From Bdellovibrionales bacterium (GTDB taxonomy: Bacteria > Bdellovibrionota > Bdellovibrionia > Bdellovibrionales > JAUICD01), in NCBI GenBank assembly GCA_965197425.1, contig CBDANC010000013.1:32001-96000 (forward strand): a stretch of 64,000 bases of DNA, written 5' to 3'. Below are positions 31,273 through 40,801 of this stretch, in pieces. The position numbers were made by a program, and so were the translations under genes. The notes beneath the pieces were generated by a model, which saw only the letters and a program-made list of their open reading frames with translations, made no database searches and was not told where the DNA came from. How positions within the stretch are numbered: the first letter of the stretch is position 1; every line of letters starts with the position of its first letter.

Positions 31273-32751
31273 TTAGTTAACAACTGGCCCACCTTTTGGT
31301 GGATTGTTTCCAAATAGATTATTCATATTGTCTATAAATCCTATGGCTAATGTTTTAACTTTCTCCCCTTTAGGTATTGTAAGAAACTTTTTATCGACAT
31401 TTGCCAACGACTTTGGAACATAAAAACCAAAAATAGGATGTTGTGTAAAATCACAGACTATTTCATTTTTTTGAATACTACTTACTACAGCTCTAGAAAT
31501 ATCTATTGGAAACCTGCTACCCGTTTCATAGTCACCACCTGTCCAACCTGTGTTTACTAACCACACACTAGCGTTGCTTTTTTTAACATACTCACTTAGT
31601 AACTTAGCATATACCATAGGGTGCCTTGGCATAAATGGTGCTCCAAAGCAGGCACTAAACACGCACTCAGGTTTTTTAACACCAATCTCAGTACCTGCAA
31701 CTTTTGCAGTATAGCCTGAAATAAAATAGTAAATTAACTGATCATTGGTAAGTTTAGCTACTAGAGGTAATGCTCCAAAAGCATCAGCTGTTAAAAATAT
31801 TATTGATTTAGGGAAGTCTGCAATTTTAGATTGATCAAACACACATCTTAATGCATCTAGTTTGTAAGAACCCCTCGTATTTTCTGTTCTACTACTGTCG
31901 TTAAAGTCAACTGTTCTAGCGTTTTCATCCATAACAACATTTTCTAATATCGAACCAAATAAATTGGCTGCCTTAAAGATTTCAGGTTCATTATCTTTAG
32001 ACAAGTTGATAAGTTTAGCGTAGCACCCGCCTTCTAGATTAGACAGTCCATCTTTCGACCAAATGATTTCATCATCTCCAATTAAATATTTATCTTTAGA
32101 TGTAGACAGAGTAGTTTTTCCTGTTCCAGAAAGTCCAAATAACACGCATGAGTTTGTTCCATCTTTAAGACAATTTGCACTAGCATGCATAGGGAAAATG
32201 TCATATTTAGGCAAAAGATAATTGCACATAGAAAAACATGCTTTTTTGATCTCACCAGCGTAACCTGTACCCACAATACAAATTGTTAAACTAAAAACAT
32301 CAAGTGCTATGATTACATCTGAGTCGATATTCAAACCATAGTCTTTTGTGCTTCCATGAGGATCATGAAAAATTTGTATTGTCTTGGTTTGAGGTAGTTC
32401 ATTTATTCGTTTACTTCTAAACATGTTTCTAGCAAACAAAGCATGCCAAGGAGAGTATGTGTTGAGTTTTACAGGTAGACCTCCAACATATCCTTTGTAG
32501 GTATAATGTTTTTGTTTTTCAAATTTATCGCTCATATTGCTAGCTAAGATTTCGAAGGTTTTTAAAGGTAATTTTTTATTAGTTTTACCCCAATCTATGT
32601 CTGATACTGTTTCTTCTCTTTCTACTATAAACCTGTCTTGTGTAGCTCTTCCCGTGTATGCTCCAGTTTGAACCACCAAGGCTCCATCTTGACTTAACTT
32701 TGCAAGATTGCCTCGGAGTGTCTCTTCTATAAGAAACCATCTATTGCTCAT
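31273..32751 (-). CDS. pckA: phosphoenolpyruvate carboxykinase (ATP)
   Basis: YAGEIKK, FGLSGTGKTTLS, IGDDE, EGGCYAK, FSACFGAPF. Confidence 0.95.
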   Translation of the reverse strand: MSNRWFLIEETLRGNLAKLSQDGALVVQTGAYTGRATQDRFIVEREETVSDIDWGKTNKKLPLKTFEILASNMSDKFEKQKHYTYKGYVGGLPVKLNTYSPWHALFARNMFRSKRINELPQTKTIQIFHDPHGSTKDYGLNIDSDVIIALDVFSLTICIVGTGYAGEIKKACFSMCNYLLPKYDIFPMHASANCLKDGTNSCVLFGLSGTGKTTLSTSKDKYLIGDDEIIWSKDGLSNLEGGCYAKLINLSKDNEPEIFKAANLFGSILENVVMDENARTVDFNDSSRTENTRGSYKLDALRCVFDQSKIADFPKSIIFLTADAFGALPLVAKLTNDQLIYYFISGYTAKVAGTEIGVKKPECVFSACFGAPFMPRHPMVYAKLLSEYVKKSNASVWLVNTGWTGGDYETGSRFPIDISRAVVSSIQKNEIVCDFTQHPIFGFYVPKSLANVDKKFLTIPKGEKVKTLAIGFIDNMNNLFGNNPPKGGPVVN

Positions 32752-32887
32752 AAAGGTCTTCCTAATGAGGCAAAAAACAAGTGGACTTGTTCACTGTTTT
32801 TAGCCGAATGGTTGCCCAGCTCTGGACACTGATGCTCATCCCGTTCCATAAAGGTCTTCCCCAAAACTGATAAGTATTGACTAGCAA
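32752..32887 (+). repeat. family 2 element (one full unit plus start of a second)
   Basis: aaaggtcttcctaatgaggc...gttgcccagctctgg...aaaggtcttcccc; abuts the pckA start codon. Confidence 0.88.
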
Positions 32888-32945
32888 CTTATATGTAGTT
32901 AAATAGGACTCCTAGTTTCATATTTCAAGCAGTTAAGGAGAAAAA

Positions 32946-33572
32946 ATGCAAACTGATTCAAATAACTTAAGAGATTCGGCTAGTGGGTTGCCTATTGTAC
33001 AGCAAAATGCCCCTGATTTTAACTTAAATGCTGTAGCGAATAATGAAATCACCCAAATTTCTCTATCAGACTTTAAAAACAAATGGGTATGCTTGTTTTT
33101 TTATCCTCTAGATTTTACCTTTGTTTGTCCAACCGAAATCATAGCATTCTCAGAAAGGGTTTCAGACTTTGAAAAGTTAAACTGCCAAGTTCTAGGAGCT
33201 TCAATAGATAGCCCATATACACATCTTGCTTGGATAAACACTCCTAGAAATAAAGGTGGACTTGGTGAAATCAAATTCCCTCTCCTAGCTGATATAAATA
33301 GAGAGTTATCTAGATCCTACGAAGTATTAAGTAGTCGCGGAGTTGCACTTAGAGGATTGTTTCTTATAAACCAAAAAGGTAAAATAGTATATCAAGTGGT
33401 TCACGATCTAGGAGTTGGAAGATCTGTAGACGAAACTTTACGAGTGCTGGAAGCTTTTCAAACACATGAAAAAACTGGAGATGTATGCCCAGCTAATTGG
33501 AACAAGTCCAACAGCACAACTATGACACCTAATCCAAAAGACTCTAAAAATTACTTTGAAAAAGTAACTTAA
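32946..33572 (+). CDS. ahpC: 2-Cys peroxiredoxin (AhpC/TSA)
   Basis: FYPLDFTFVCPTE and VCPANW. Confidence 0.93.
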   Translation: MQTDSNNLRDSASGLPIVQQNAPDFNLNAVANNEITQISLSDFKNKWVCLFFYPLDFTFVCPTEIIAFSERVSDFEKLNCQVLGASIDSPYTHLAWINTPRNKGGLGEIKFPLLADINRELSRSYEVLSSRGVALRGLFLINQKGKIVYQVVHDLGVGRSVDETLRVLEAFQTHEKTGDVCPANWNKSNSTTMTPNPKDSKNYFEKVT

Positions 33573-33765
33573 AGGTCTTCGCTGAAACTGAAAGTTGCCT
33601 TGGCGAAATGCAGTGCAAAGCACAAACGTAGCCAAGGCACTTTCAGTATCAGAGTTGCCCAGCTCCGGAACACGATGCTGATCCCGTAACTAAAGGTCTT
33701 CCAAATGAGGCAAAAAACAAGGACATAGTTGCCAGATCCCAGCTTGCCTGATTGCTCGAATGCCA
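33571..33765 (+). repeat. family 2 branched unit, start of a second unit, then a degenerate octamer tract
   Basis: aaaggtcttcgctgaaactgaaag...gttgcccagctccggaacacgatgctgatcccg; second aaaggtcttcc at 33692; ttgccaga/ttgcctga. Confidence 0.88.
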
Positions 33766-33773
33766 TATGATAC

Positions 33774-34484
33774 TCAATATTGACTATAAAAGATGATATC
33801 GCCCCAGATTTCTGTTCTAATCAAACTAATTCCATACTTTGTGAGTAGCTTTCTTACTGAATGATGTGGGTGTTTATAACGTTTATACCTGGCACTACTA
33901 ATTGCCATTTTTAAATTTTTGGATTTTTTGATAAATTGTTCTGATGTACTCATTTTAGATCCATGGTGTGCTAGTACTAAAAACTCTTGGTTTGTTTTAA
34001 TTGTCCATGCTTTATCAGATTTTTTGTCACTATCACCTGGAATTATAATTTGATTGTTGTGATACACTCTAGAGGCCTGGTTAGATGTTTTATATTTTTT
34101 AGGGGTAAAAACATCCACTATAGAATCTATATTGGGAGGACATTTTTTTAAAAAAAGAAATCTTTGTTTTTTCAAATTTACCTCTCCATTAGGAGGAACG
34201 AGCACGCATGAGCTGTAAGTCAGTTTCTTTAAAACTCTTGTTAAATTAATGTGATCCCAATCCCAATGAGTATAAGAAAATATATTATGTTTCCTACCAC
34301 ACATTTTATAAAATTTCTTTTTATCAATAAACTCACCGCCAGCATCAAAATGGTAGCATTTGTTAACCGACACATGAGAAACCATCAGACCCTGACCAAC
34401 ATTCCAAATAACCCATTTGTCAGGAAGACCATCAGACACACTTACTGAAAATAATAAAATATAAAGTGCAAGCAAAATGTTCAA
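33774..34484 (-). CDS. ComEC-associated metallo-beta-lactamase-fold protein
   Basis: WNVGQG, THWDWDH, PGD, HHGS, YKHPH. Confidence 0.85.
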   Translation of the reverse strand: MNILLALYILLFSVSVSDGLPDKWVIWNVGQGLMVSHVSVNKCYHFDAGGEFIDKKKFYKMCGRKHNIFSYTHWDWDHINLTRVLKKLTYSSCVLVPPNGEVNLKKQRFLFLKKCPPNIDSIVDVFTPKKYKTSNQASRVYHNNQIIIPGDSDKKSDKAWTIKTNQEFLVLAHHGSKMSTSEQFIKKSKNLKMAISSARYKRYKHPHHSVRKLLTKYGISLIRTEIWGDIIFYSQY

Positions 34485-35362
34485 GTTATTCTCCTATACC
34501 TTTTCCAAAATCTATATATCAACAGAATAATATGTAAAGTAATTAAATAAAGAAACATGGTCATATAGCTCAAATTAGTATCAGCTTTGAAAAGAGGTAT
34601 CTCATTTGATAAAAAAGACAAAACCCATAGAAAATATTTCCATATAAAATCAGAAATAGGTGAGATAAAATTGATTGCTAAAGTAAGAAGGGTTAATGGA
34701 AAAAAAATTAATCCAAAAATTGGAAGCACAAGAGTGTTAATTAAAATTACTATTGGATGAGGAGTACTTATATTCATAAGCACAGGAAACATCACCAAAT
34801 ATATACAAGCATTTTTAGCTAAAAGATTGTTGGTCTTAGCAGAATAACTAATTCCAAGCGCAGCAGCCCAACTTAGCATAAAAGAAAATGATTCAAACCA
34901 TTTATTAAATATAATCAAACAAAAAAATGACACATGCCAAACAAGAGTATCTTTGGGCCAAGCCAAACAATATCTTTTGTTTAACTTTTTAAATAGAAAA
35001 GATAAAAAAGCTCTCACCACAGGAGGATTAAAAGATGTGGCCATAGAATACACACCCAAAATAATTATCTCTAAAAAACTAGGAATTTTTAACTTAGATA
35101 AAAGCTTTCCAAAAAAACTTAGATGAGTACCTGAAACAACAAAAATATGAACAAGGCCAGTAGTAGCTAAAATTTCACGTAAACCAATACTAGAAATTCG
35201 CTTGCCACAACCAATAGCCTCATACACCTCTCTATACTCAGACTCAGGTACCAAATTCAAACAAACACCATTCAAATAACTAACAGTACTTGTAAAGTAA
35301 TCAGACAAATCTATTCTGATTAAATTAAAGAAAATTAGAAACAATACTAGACTAATGACCAT
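34481..35362 (-). CDS. comEC: ComEC/Rec2 competence membrane domain protein
   Basis: GLVHIFVVSGTH, PVVRA, SFMLS; many TM helices. Confidence 0.82.
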   Translation of the reverse strand: MVISLVLFLIFFNLIRIDLSDYFTSTVSYLNGVCLNLVPESEYREVYEAIGCGKRISSIGLREILATTGLVHIFVVSGTHLSFFGKLLSKLKIPSFLEIIILGVYSMATSFNPPVVRAFLSFLFKKLNKRYCLAWPKDTLVWHVSFFCLIIFNKWFESFSFMLSWAAALGISYSAKTNNLLAKNACIYLVMFPVLMNISTPHPIVILINTLVLPIFGLIFFPLTLLTLAINFISPISDFIWKYFLWVLSFLSNEIPLFKADTNLSYMTMFLYLITLHIILLIYRFWKRYRRIT

Positions 35363-35651
35363 AATTCTAAGTAGTTACTACTACAAAAAACATATGTGTT
35401 AAAAAAAGCTTATTTAACCCCCACTATTACAAATTTTTCATGCAAGTTTTTGTTATAAATTTAAACAACATGGTTAAATATTAAAAAATTATGTAGTAAT
35501 TTTAGCTAGTTAAAAACTTTATACTTTATAAGCAATTTACTAACCTTACCAGGGACAGAATATTACATGTGCGTATTACATATGTGTTTTCGTACTCAAT
35601 TTTGAGAAACAGAAATTGTTTTGTCTGAAGATATATTGTTAGAATTACCTC

Positions 35652-37622
35652 ATGCGAATTCTTCTGTTTTTTATTTTTCTTACATTCACTACAGGTGGAG
35701 TATCCACACCTTTTAGTTTTCTATATGCACAAACTAATGATTTGCTTTTTGAGGATTTAGCTCGGGAGTTTGAAGAGTTAGATATTGATTATGAAGAAGA
35801 GGACAGAGGTTTAGATAGCGTAGATGAAGAGACAGAAGAGTTTGATGACGTTCAAGAAGAAAGTGAAGATTTTGAAGAAGTAGAAGATACAGAGGATAGA
35901 AGCATAGATAGTGTTGAAGAGGAAGATGAAGTTGGTGAAGCTTTAGAATCTAATGACACGCAAGACGAAGTGGCAGAAACAGAAGATGACTATTTTGATG
36001 ATGTAGAAGAAGTAGCTGATAATGAAGATTCATATGAAGAAGAAATAGAAGATGAAGTGAGAGATCTTGCAAATGATGAAGAGCTTACTTCGGAACCTTC
36101 ATACGAAGTGTATGATACAGAAGATAGAAGTATAGATAGTGTGGAAGAAGAAACTTATGAAGTAGAGCTTAGTGATGATGGTGAAGAATACGATTCAGAG
36201 GCATATGATGTAGAAGAGGGTTATGAAGGTGATCCTTATACTGAAGAGGCTGTGGTATACGATGAATACGAAGATGATGCTTTTGTAGATGAAAGTTTAA
36301 GTGAAGAAAATGTTATTGATGACATAGTCAGCGAATCAATTTTAGAAGATGAAACTAGAAACATAGCCTCAGAAGAAGAGGTGGAAGGTTCATATGAAGA
36401 AGATATGGCATATGAAGACGATGATGGCTATGAAGACGAAGAGTACCGTGAGGTTGCAAGCGATGGGTTGAATGCTCCTGATTTAGAGTTGGAAGCTTAT
36501 TTGGATGACATATTCAGTAAGTACTCCGACAGGTTGGATCAAACTAGATGGGAAGAGATGATAGGTAATGAAAAGGTGAAAGAAATTTACTCTATTCAGC
36601 CTGGAGATACTCTATGGGATATAAGCACAACCCTATTTGGTAGCGGATATTTTTGGCCTAAGATATGGCAGATTAATTCTGTAATATTAAACCCACACTT
36701 TATATTGTCAGGTGGACAAATAAGATTTACTTCGGGTAGTGCATCAGAAGGACCAAGGCTAGATTTGATAACTGGTGAAGGTGGAGTAGAAGAAGATATA
36801 CTATCCAGCTCTTCTCTAATACCTAATCTTCCTCCAGCACGAGAGACAAGATTTTCAAACTTGCCACCTAGTTTACCTGGAATGAATTTCAATCTACCGG
36901 ATACACAAGCAACAAGAGAACCATCTTCTTTTGATGCAGCTAATTTTGCGGATGGAATAGAAAATACACCAATTTATCTAACCTCTTATTTAACTACAAG
37001 AAAACCCCCTTCATACGGAACAATTGTGTCGGCTGAGGAATGGGATACTGTGGCAAGCACAAATCAACATGTCTATATAGAAGGGCGTGGCCTATCAATA
37101 GGTACGCACTATGTTGTATTTAATGACGATGAAAAAGTAGATCACCCAACCCGAACCTCTAGTGCTGGCTTCATTGTTACTATATTAGGAGTAGTAACCA
37201 TTCTTGAGCTTGTCGATGAAAGACAAAATCTATATAGGGCCAGGGTTACAAAAGCAGTTGCACCTGTAGCAATTGGGTCTAACATAGGAGAAGATGATCC
37301 TAGCTTAAGATATAATTTATCCAAAACTAACCAGTCAGGTAACTTTACATCAACAGTTGTAGCGGGTTACGCTGGAGATGATAGAGTATTTATTGGTATG
37401 AATGAAGTGTTGTTTTTAGATATGGGTGAAGATCATGGTGTAAGAACTGGAGATATGTTCCAGATTGTGGAAAACAACAAAATTGGAGGCAGTAAAAACC
37501 TAAAAAGCAAAAAAGTCGTAGGAACAGCAAAAGTTGTTAAAACAACTCCAAGAAGAGCTACAGCGATTGTACTCACCACAAAAGATGTAATAAGACCAGG
37601 GGATTATGCTGAAGCATTATAA
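35652..37622 (+). CDS. LysM peptidoglycan-binding protein (TsaP-like) with a long acidic N-terminal region
   Basis: YSIQPGDTLWDIS...WPKIWQIN...NPHFI; ~240 aa D/E-rich tract after the signal peptide. Confidence 0.8.
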   Translation: MRILLFFIFLTFTTGGVSTPFSFLYAQTNDLLFEDLAREFEELDIDYEEEDRGLDSVDEETEEFDDVQEESEDFEEVEDTEDRSIDSVEEEDEVGEALESNDTQDEVAETEDDYFDDVEEVADNEDSYEEEIEDEVRDLANDEELTSEPSYEVYDTEDRSIDSVEEETYEVELSDDGEEYDSEAYDVEEGYEGDPYTEEAVVYDEYEDDAFVDESLSEENVIDDIVSESILEDETRNIASEEEVEGSYEEDMAYEDDDGYEDEEYREVASDGLNAPDLELEAYLDDIFSKYSDRLDQTRWEEMIGNEKVKEIYSIQPGDTLWDISTTLFGSGYFWPKIWQINSVILNPHFILSGGQIRFTSGSASEGPRLDLITGEGGVEEDILSSSSLIPNLPPARETRFSNLPPSLPGMNFNLPDTQATREPSSFDAANFADGIENTPIYLTSYLTTRKPPSYGTIVSAEEWDTVASTNQHVYIEGRGLSIGTHYVVFNDDEKVDHPTRTSSAGFIVTILGVVTILELVDERQNLYRARVTKAVAPVAIGSNIGEDDPSLRYNLSKTNQSGNFTSTVVAGYAGDDRVFIGMNEVLFLDMGEDHGVRTGDMFQIVENNKIGGSKNLKSKKVVGTAKVVKTTPRRATAIVLTTKDVIRPGDYAEAL

Positions 37623-37745
37623 AGCGAACCCCGCCTGACTGCCGGATTGTCCGTCTGCCCGATCAGCTCTGGGATCTGGCACTCCGGGATCTGTTATCTG
37701 CATCTGACATCTGCCACCCGGCAACAGACACCTGATTGCTTGATT
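37622..37745. repeat. degenerate 7-8-nt simple repeat tract downstream of the four-helix-bundle gene (family 3)
   Basis: gcctgactgccggattgtccgtctgcccgatc...gatctggc...atctg...cctgattgcttga. Confidence 0.7.
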
Positions 37746-37750
37746 CACCT

Positions 37751-38044
37751 TTAAGCGTTCTTACATAATTTATATAGAAAAGCTCCTAGTCTATCACTTT
37801 CTTTTGTGAGGGCTTTGTGATTTATAATTTCTAGTATTGCCTGTGTTTCTCTGAGTGAACCTAAACTAGTTCTATAGAACCTCCGCCTTTCTTTGTTACT
37901 GCACTTCGTACTTCCTTCCGCAAGGTTTAGCACTATGCTAAGTATTGCTCTTTGGAACTGATTTTTAAGAGGCTCTTTCAGGTATAGTCCTTTAGAATTG
38001 TTGTAGAACTGAACAGCTAATTGATAAGTTTTAAAATTTTTCAT
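37751..38044 (-). CDS. four-helix-bundle protein (23S rRNA IVS protein / Avd-like family)
   Basis: LKNQFQRAILSIVLNLAEG...RFYRTSLGSLRETQ signature; AGGAG RBS. Confidence 0.88.
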   Translation of the reverse strand: MKNFKTYQLAVQFYNNSKGLYLKEPLKNQFQRAILSIVLNLAEGSTKCSNKERRRFYRTSLGSLRETQAILEIINHKALTKESDRLGAFLYKLCKNA

Positions 38045-38052
38045 AATATGTT

Positions 38053-38124
38053 GTCTCCTTTTTTAGAAAAAATATTTACTCCATAGTTTTTATCTGGGAG
38101 AAAATATTTTTAAAAAAAGGAGAC
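38053..38124. promoter_or_regulatory. long imperfect inverted repeat that includes the RBS of the four-helix-bundle gene
   Basis: gtctccttttttagaaaaaatattt...aaatatttttaaaaaaaggagac. Confidence 0.65.
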
Positions 38125-38125
38125 C

Positions 38126-38181
38126 ACTGCCCGACTGCCCGACTGCCCGACTGCCCGACTGCCCGACTGCCTGATTGCCTG
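38126..38181. repeat. octamer tandem repeat (ACTGCCCG)5 plus 2 variants (family 3)
   Basis: actgcccg x5, actgcctg, attgcctg. Confidence 0.95.
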
Positions 38182-38185
38182 ATCC

Positions 38186-39538
38186 CTAATATGCGTCTTT
38201 TGAGATAAAACCTTTGGTAAGAGTTAAAATCATTATTTTAATATCAAACATTATGGACCAGTTATTAATATAATAAAGATCATACTTTATTCTTTCTTTT
38301 AAATCAGTATTCCCTCTATACCCATTTATTTGAGCCCATCCCGTTATACCTGATTTTATTTTGTGTCTTTGCATGTATCCTGGAATTTCTGATTTAAATT
38401 TTTCTACAAAAACAGGTCGTTCAGGTCTAGGGCCCACAATACTCATTTCACCTTTAAGCACATTTATTAATTGAGGTAGTTCATCTAAAGAAGTCCTTCT
38501 AATAATTTTTCCCAATGCAGTAGTTCTATCGTCATCTTTAGAAGCCCATACGGGCCCGGTATCTTCTTCTGCATTTATTGTCATGCTTCTAAATTTATAC
38601 ATTCTAAAGCTTTTACCATCCATTCCAATTCTATCTTGAGCATAAAATATATGTCCTTTGGAAGTAAGTTTTATTAAAATTCCAAGTAATATGAATATAG
38701 GAGAAAATAATATAAGGGCAACAACACAAACCACAATATCTAACGATCTTTTTAAACCAAAATTAAATCCATGAATTATGTGTTGATTGACAGATAAAAT
38801 AGGAAAACTACCCATTGTACCTACTTTGAGTCCTAATATAGTAAAATGAAATATATTTGGGATTATATGAGTATATAAATTTTCTTTGGAAGTCTCTTCT
38901 AAAATATCATTCAAGAAATGAACCTTATCACTATTCAAACAAATGATTACATCACTTATTGCCAGTTCTCTTACAAAGGGACAAAACTCATTATCATATT
39001 GCATATCCAAAAATTCTTCTGTAGAAATTACTTTTGCTAATTTAATATGTTCACTATCTAATTCAGACTTAATTTTTGAGGCAGTAAGTTGTTCTCCTAT
39101 GATCAGTATATTTTTCGGCTTTTGGTTTTTCTTAAAAAGAGATCTGACAATAATTCTCTGTAAAATTAAAAGCGTAACAACTGTACATAAAAACAACACA
39201 AGCATGGCTCTGGATACATAATCCCTTGCTAGAAAATGTAATCCCACTACAAGTAGCAAAAAAGTTAGAGTAGAGCTTTTTATAATCGGCCAAATTTCTA
39301 TGTTGTAGCTGCTAAAAACAGACTCAGATCTATCATCATAAACCCCAGAAATTTCCATACAAAAATACCATATAAGACTAAAAAGTATTCCTAAAAGTAT
39401 GTACATGTTTAAATTTATAAGAGCTGACCCCGTATCTAATAGTAAGTAGAATCTTATATAAAAAGCCAAGCCCCATCCTAACAGGATAGTTAAGATGTCT
39501 ATGAATTTTAATAATGGAGTTTTCGAATTTATTATCAT
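38186..39538 (-). CDS. undecaprenyl-phosphate glucose phosphotransferase (WcaJ-like)
   Basis: KRSLDI, YKFRSM, SLDELPQL, MSIVGPRPER, GITGWAQING. Confidence 0.92.
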   Translation of the reverse strand: MIINSKTPLLKFIDILTILLGWGLAFYIRFYLLLDTGSALINLNMYILLGILFSLIWYFCMEISGVYDDRSESVFSSYNIEIWPIIKSSTLTFLLLVVGLHFLARDYVSRAMLVLFLCTVVTLLILQRIIVRSLFKKNQKPKNILIIGEQLTASKIKSELDSEHIKLAKVISTEEFLDMQYDNEFCPFVRELAISDVIICLNSDKVHFLNDILEETSKENLYTHIIPNIFHFTILGLKVGTMGSFPILSVNQHIIHGFNFGLKRSLDIVVCVVALILFSPIFILLGILIKLTSKGHIFYAQDRIGMDGKSFRMYKFRSMTINAEEDTGPVWASKDDDRTTALGKIIRRTSLDELPQLINVLKGEMSIVGPRPERPVFVEKFKSEIPGYMQRHKIKSGITGWAQINGYRGNTDLKERIKYDLYYINNWSIMFDIKIMILTLTKGFISKDAY

Positions 39539-39579
39539 ACTTCTAATTGATTTAACACATACAATACACTAGAGTCACT

Positions 39580-39704
39580 AAAGGTCTTCGCTGAAACTGA
39601 AAGTTGCCTTGGGGAAATGCGGTGCGAAGCACAAATGTAGCCAAGGTACTGTCAGTGTCAGAGTTGCCCAGTTTTGTAGGTATAAATACGACAAGAGTCA
39701 CTAA
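39580..39704 (+). repeat. family 2 branched unit plus W tail module
   Basis: aaaggtcttcgctgaaactg...gtgcgaagcac...gttgcccag, then tgtaggtataaatacgacaagag. Confidence 0.85.
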
Positions 39705-39710
39705 TTAAAG

Positions 39711-40796
39711 ATGAAAATTGCAATTGTCCATGACTGGCTTGTATCTTATAGAGGCGGAGAAAGAGTGCTATTAGCACTGTCCAACCTATTTCCAGATGCA
39801 CCGATCTACACTCTTTTACATTCTAAAACACATGTACCAGACACCCTTTCTAAAAAAGTACAGAGAACTTCTTTTATACATCACCTGCCCTTTAGTAACA
39901 GACTGTATAGACACTTTTTACCTATTTACCCTCTAGCCAGCGAGACTTTAATAGACAAAAAATATGATCTTATTTTATCTGTCTCTTCAGCAGTTTCCAA
40001 ATCAATAGATACAAAAGGGGCAAAGCATTGGTGCTATATCAATACTCCTATGCGTTACATATGGGATAGATTTGATGATTATTTTGGAAAAGAGAGAGTG
40101 GGTTTTTTAGCATCTAATTTATTCTTTAAACCTTTGGCTTGGTACTTAAAAAAGTATGATGTCCGAACCTCTAATAGGGTCACAACTTTTGTTGCTAACT
40201 CTAATTTTGTAAAGCAAAGAGTTTTTAGATGCTATAACCGTGATGCTGAAGTTATATATCCACCAGTTGATATTCAAAATTTAAGCCTTAGTACAAATCA
40301 AAACAAAAGTTACTATTTATTTTTAGGAGGTCTTGTACCTTATAAAAAGGCAGACCAAGCTATCTTAGCTTTTAACAGACTTAAACAACACTTAGTGGTA
40401 GCAGGAGTAGGAGGAGAACTGAAGTTTTTAAAAAGTATTGCTGACAACCGCTATATCAGTTTTGTAGGTCACATAACTGAAGACAAAAAACAAGAGATAT
40501 TTAATGGAGCAAAAGCTTTGATTTTTCCAGGTGTAGAGGACTTTGGTATTGTACCTGTAGAGGCAAATGCAACTGGATTACCTATCATTGGTCTAAATCA
40601 AGGTGGACTTACTGAAACCCAAACAGATGAGACATGCATGTTCTATGAAAAACAAACGGTGGAATGTTTGATAGAGGCAGTTTTAAAGTTTCAATCCAAA
40701 AAATATGACCACAGTAAAATTAGAGAGCATTCAAAGCAATTCTCACCAGAAACTTTCAATACCAAAATTATGCAATCAATAAAAAAACTATTATAA
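39711..40796 (+). CDS. glycosyltransferase family 4
   Basis: HDWLVSYRGGERV, EDFGIVPVEA. Confidence 0.92.
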   Translation: MKIAIVHDWLVSYRGGERVLLALSNLFPDAPIYTLLHSKTHVPDTLSKKVQRTSFIHHLPFSNRLYRHFLPIYPLASETLIDKKYDLILSVSSAVSKSIDTKGAKHWCYINTPMRYIWDRFDDYFGKERVGFLASNLFFKPLAWYLKKYDVRTSNRVTTFVANSNFVKQRVFRCYNRDAEVIYPPVDIQNLSLSTNQNKSYYLFLGGLVPYKKADQAILAFNRLKQHLVVAGVGGELKFLKSIADNRYISFVGHITEDKKQEIFNGAKALIFPGVEDFGIVPVEANATGLPIIGLNQGGLTETQTDETCMFYEKQTVECLIEAVLKFQSKKYDHSKIREHSKQFSPETFNTKIMQSIKKLL

Positions 40797-40801
40797 AAAC
40801 T

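Noticed and set aside
33571..33690. HDV-like ribozyme on the minus strand (GCTGGGCAAC-[stem]-GCGAAGACC resembles the HDV P1/P4/J4-2 region)
   Set aside because: No upstream P1 partner or CC-containing L3 could be found. The would-be catalytic C is not conserved across copies, and wobble pairs favour the opposite strand.
37751..38044. Diversity-generating retroelement
   Set aside because: Avd-like fold only. No reverse transcriptase and no TR/VR pair with adenine-specific mismatches is visible.
39571..39704. 11-bp target-site duplication (agagtcactaa) around a family 2 unit
   Set aside because: gtcactaa-like sequence is part of the unit tail in other copies and the right copy overlaps module W. 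Other loci show no such duplication.
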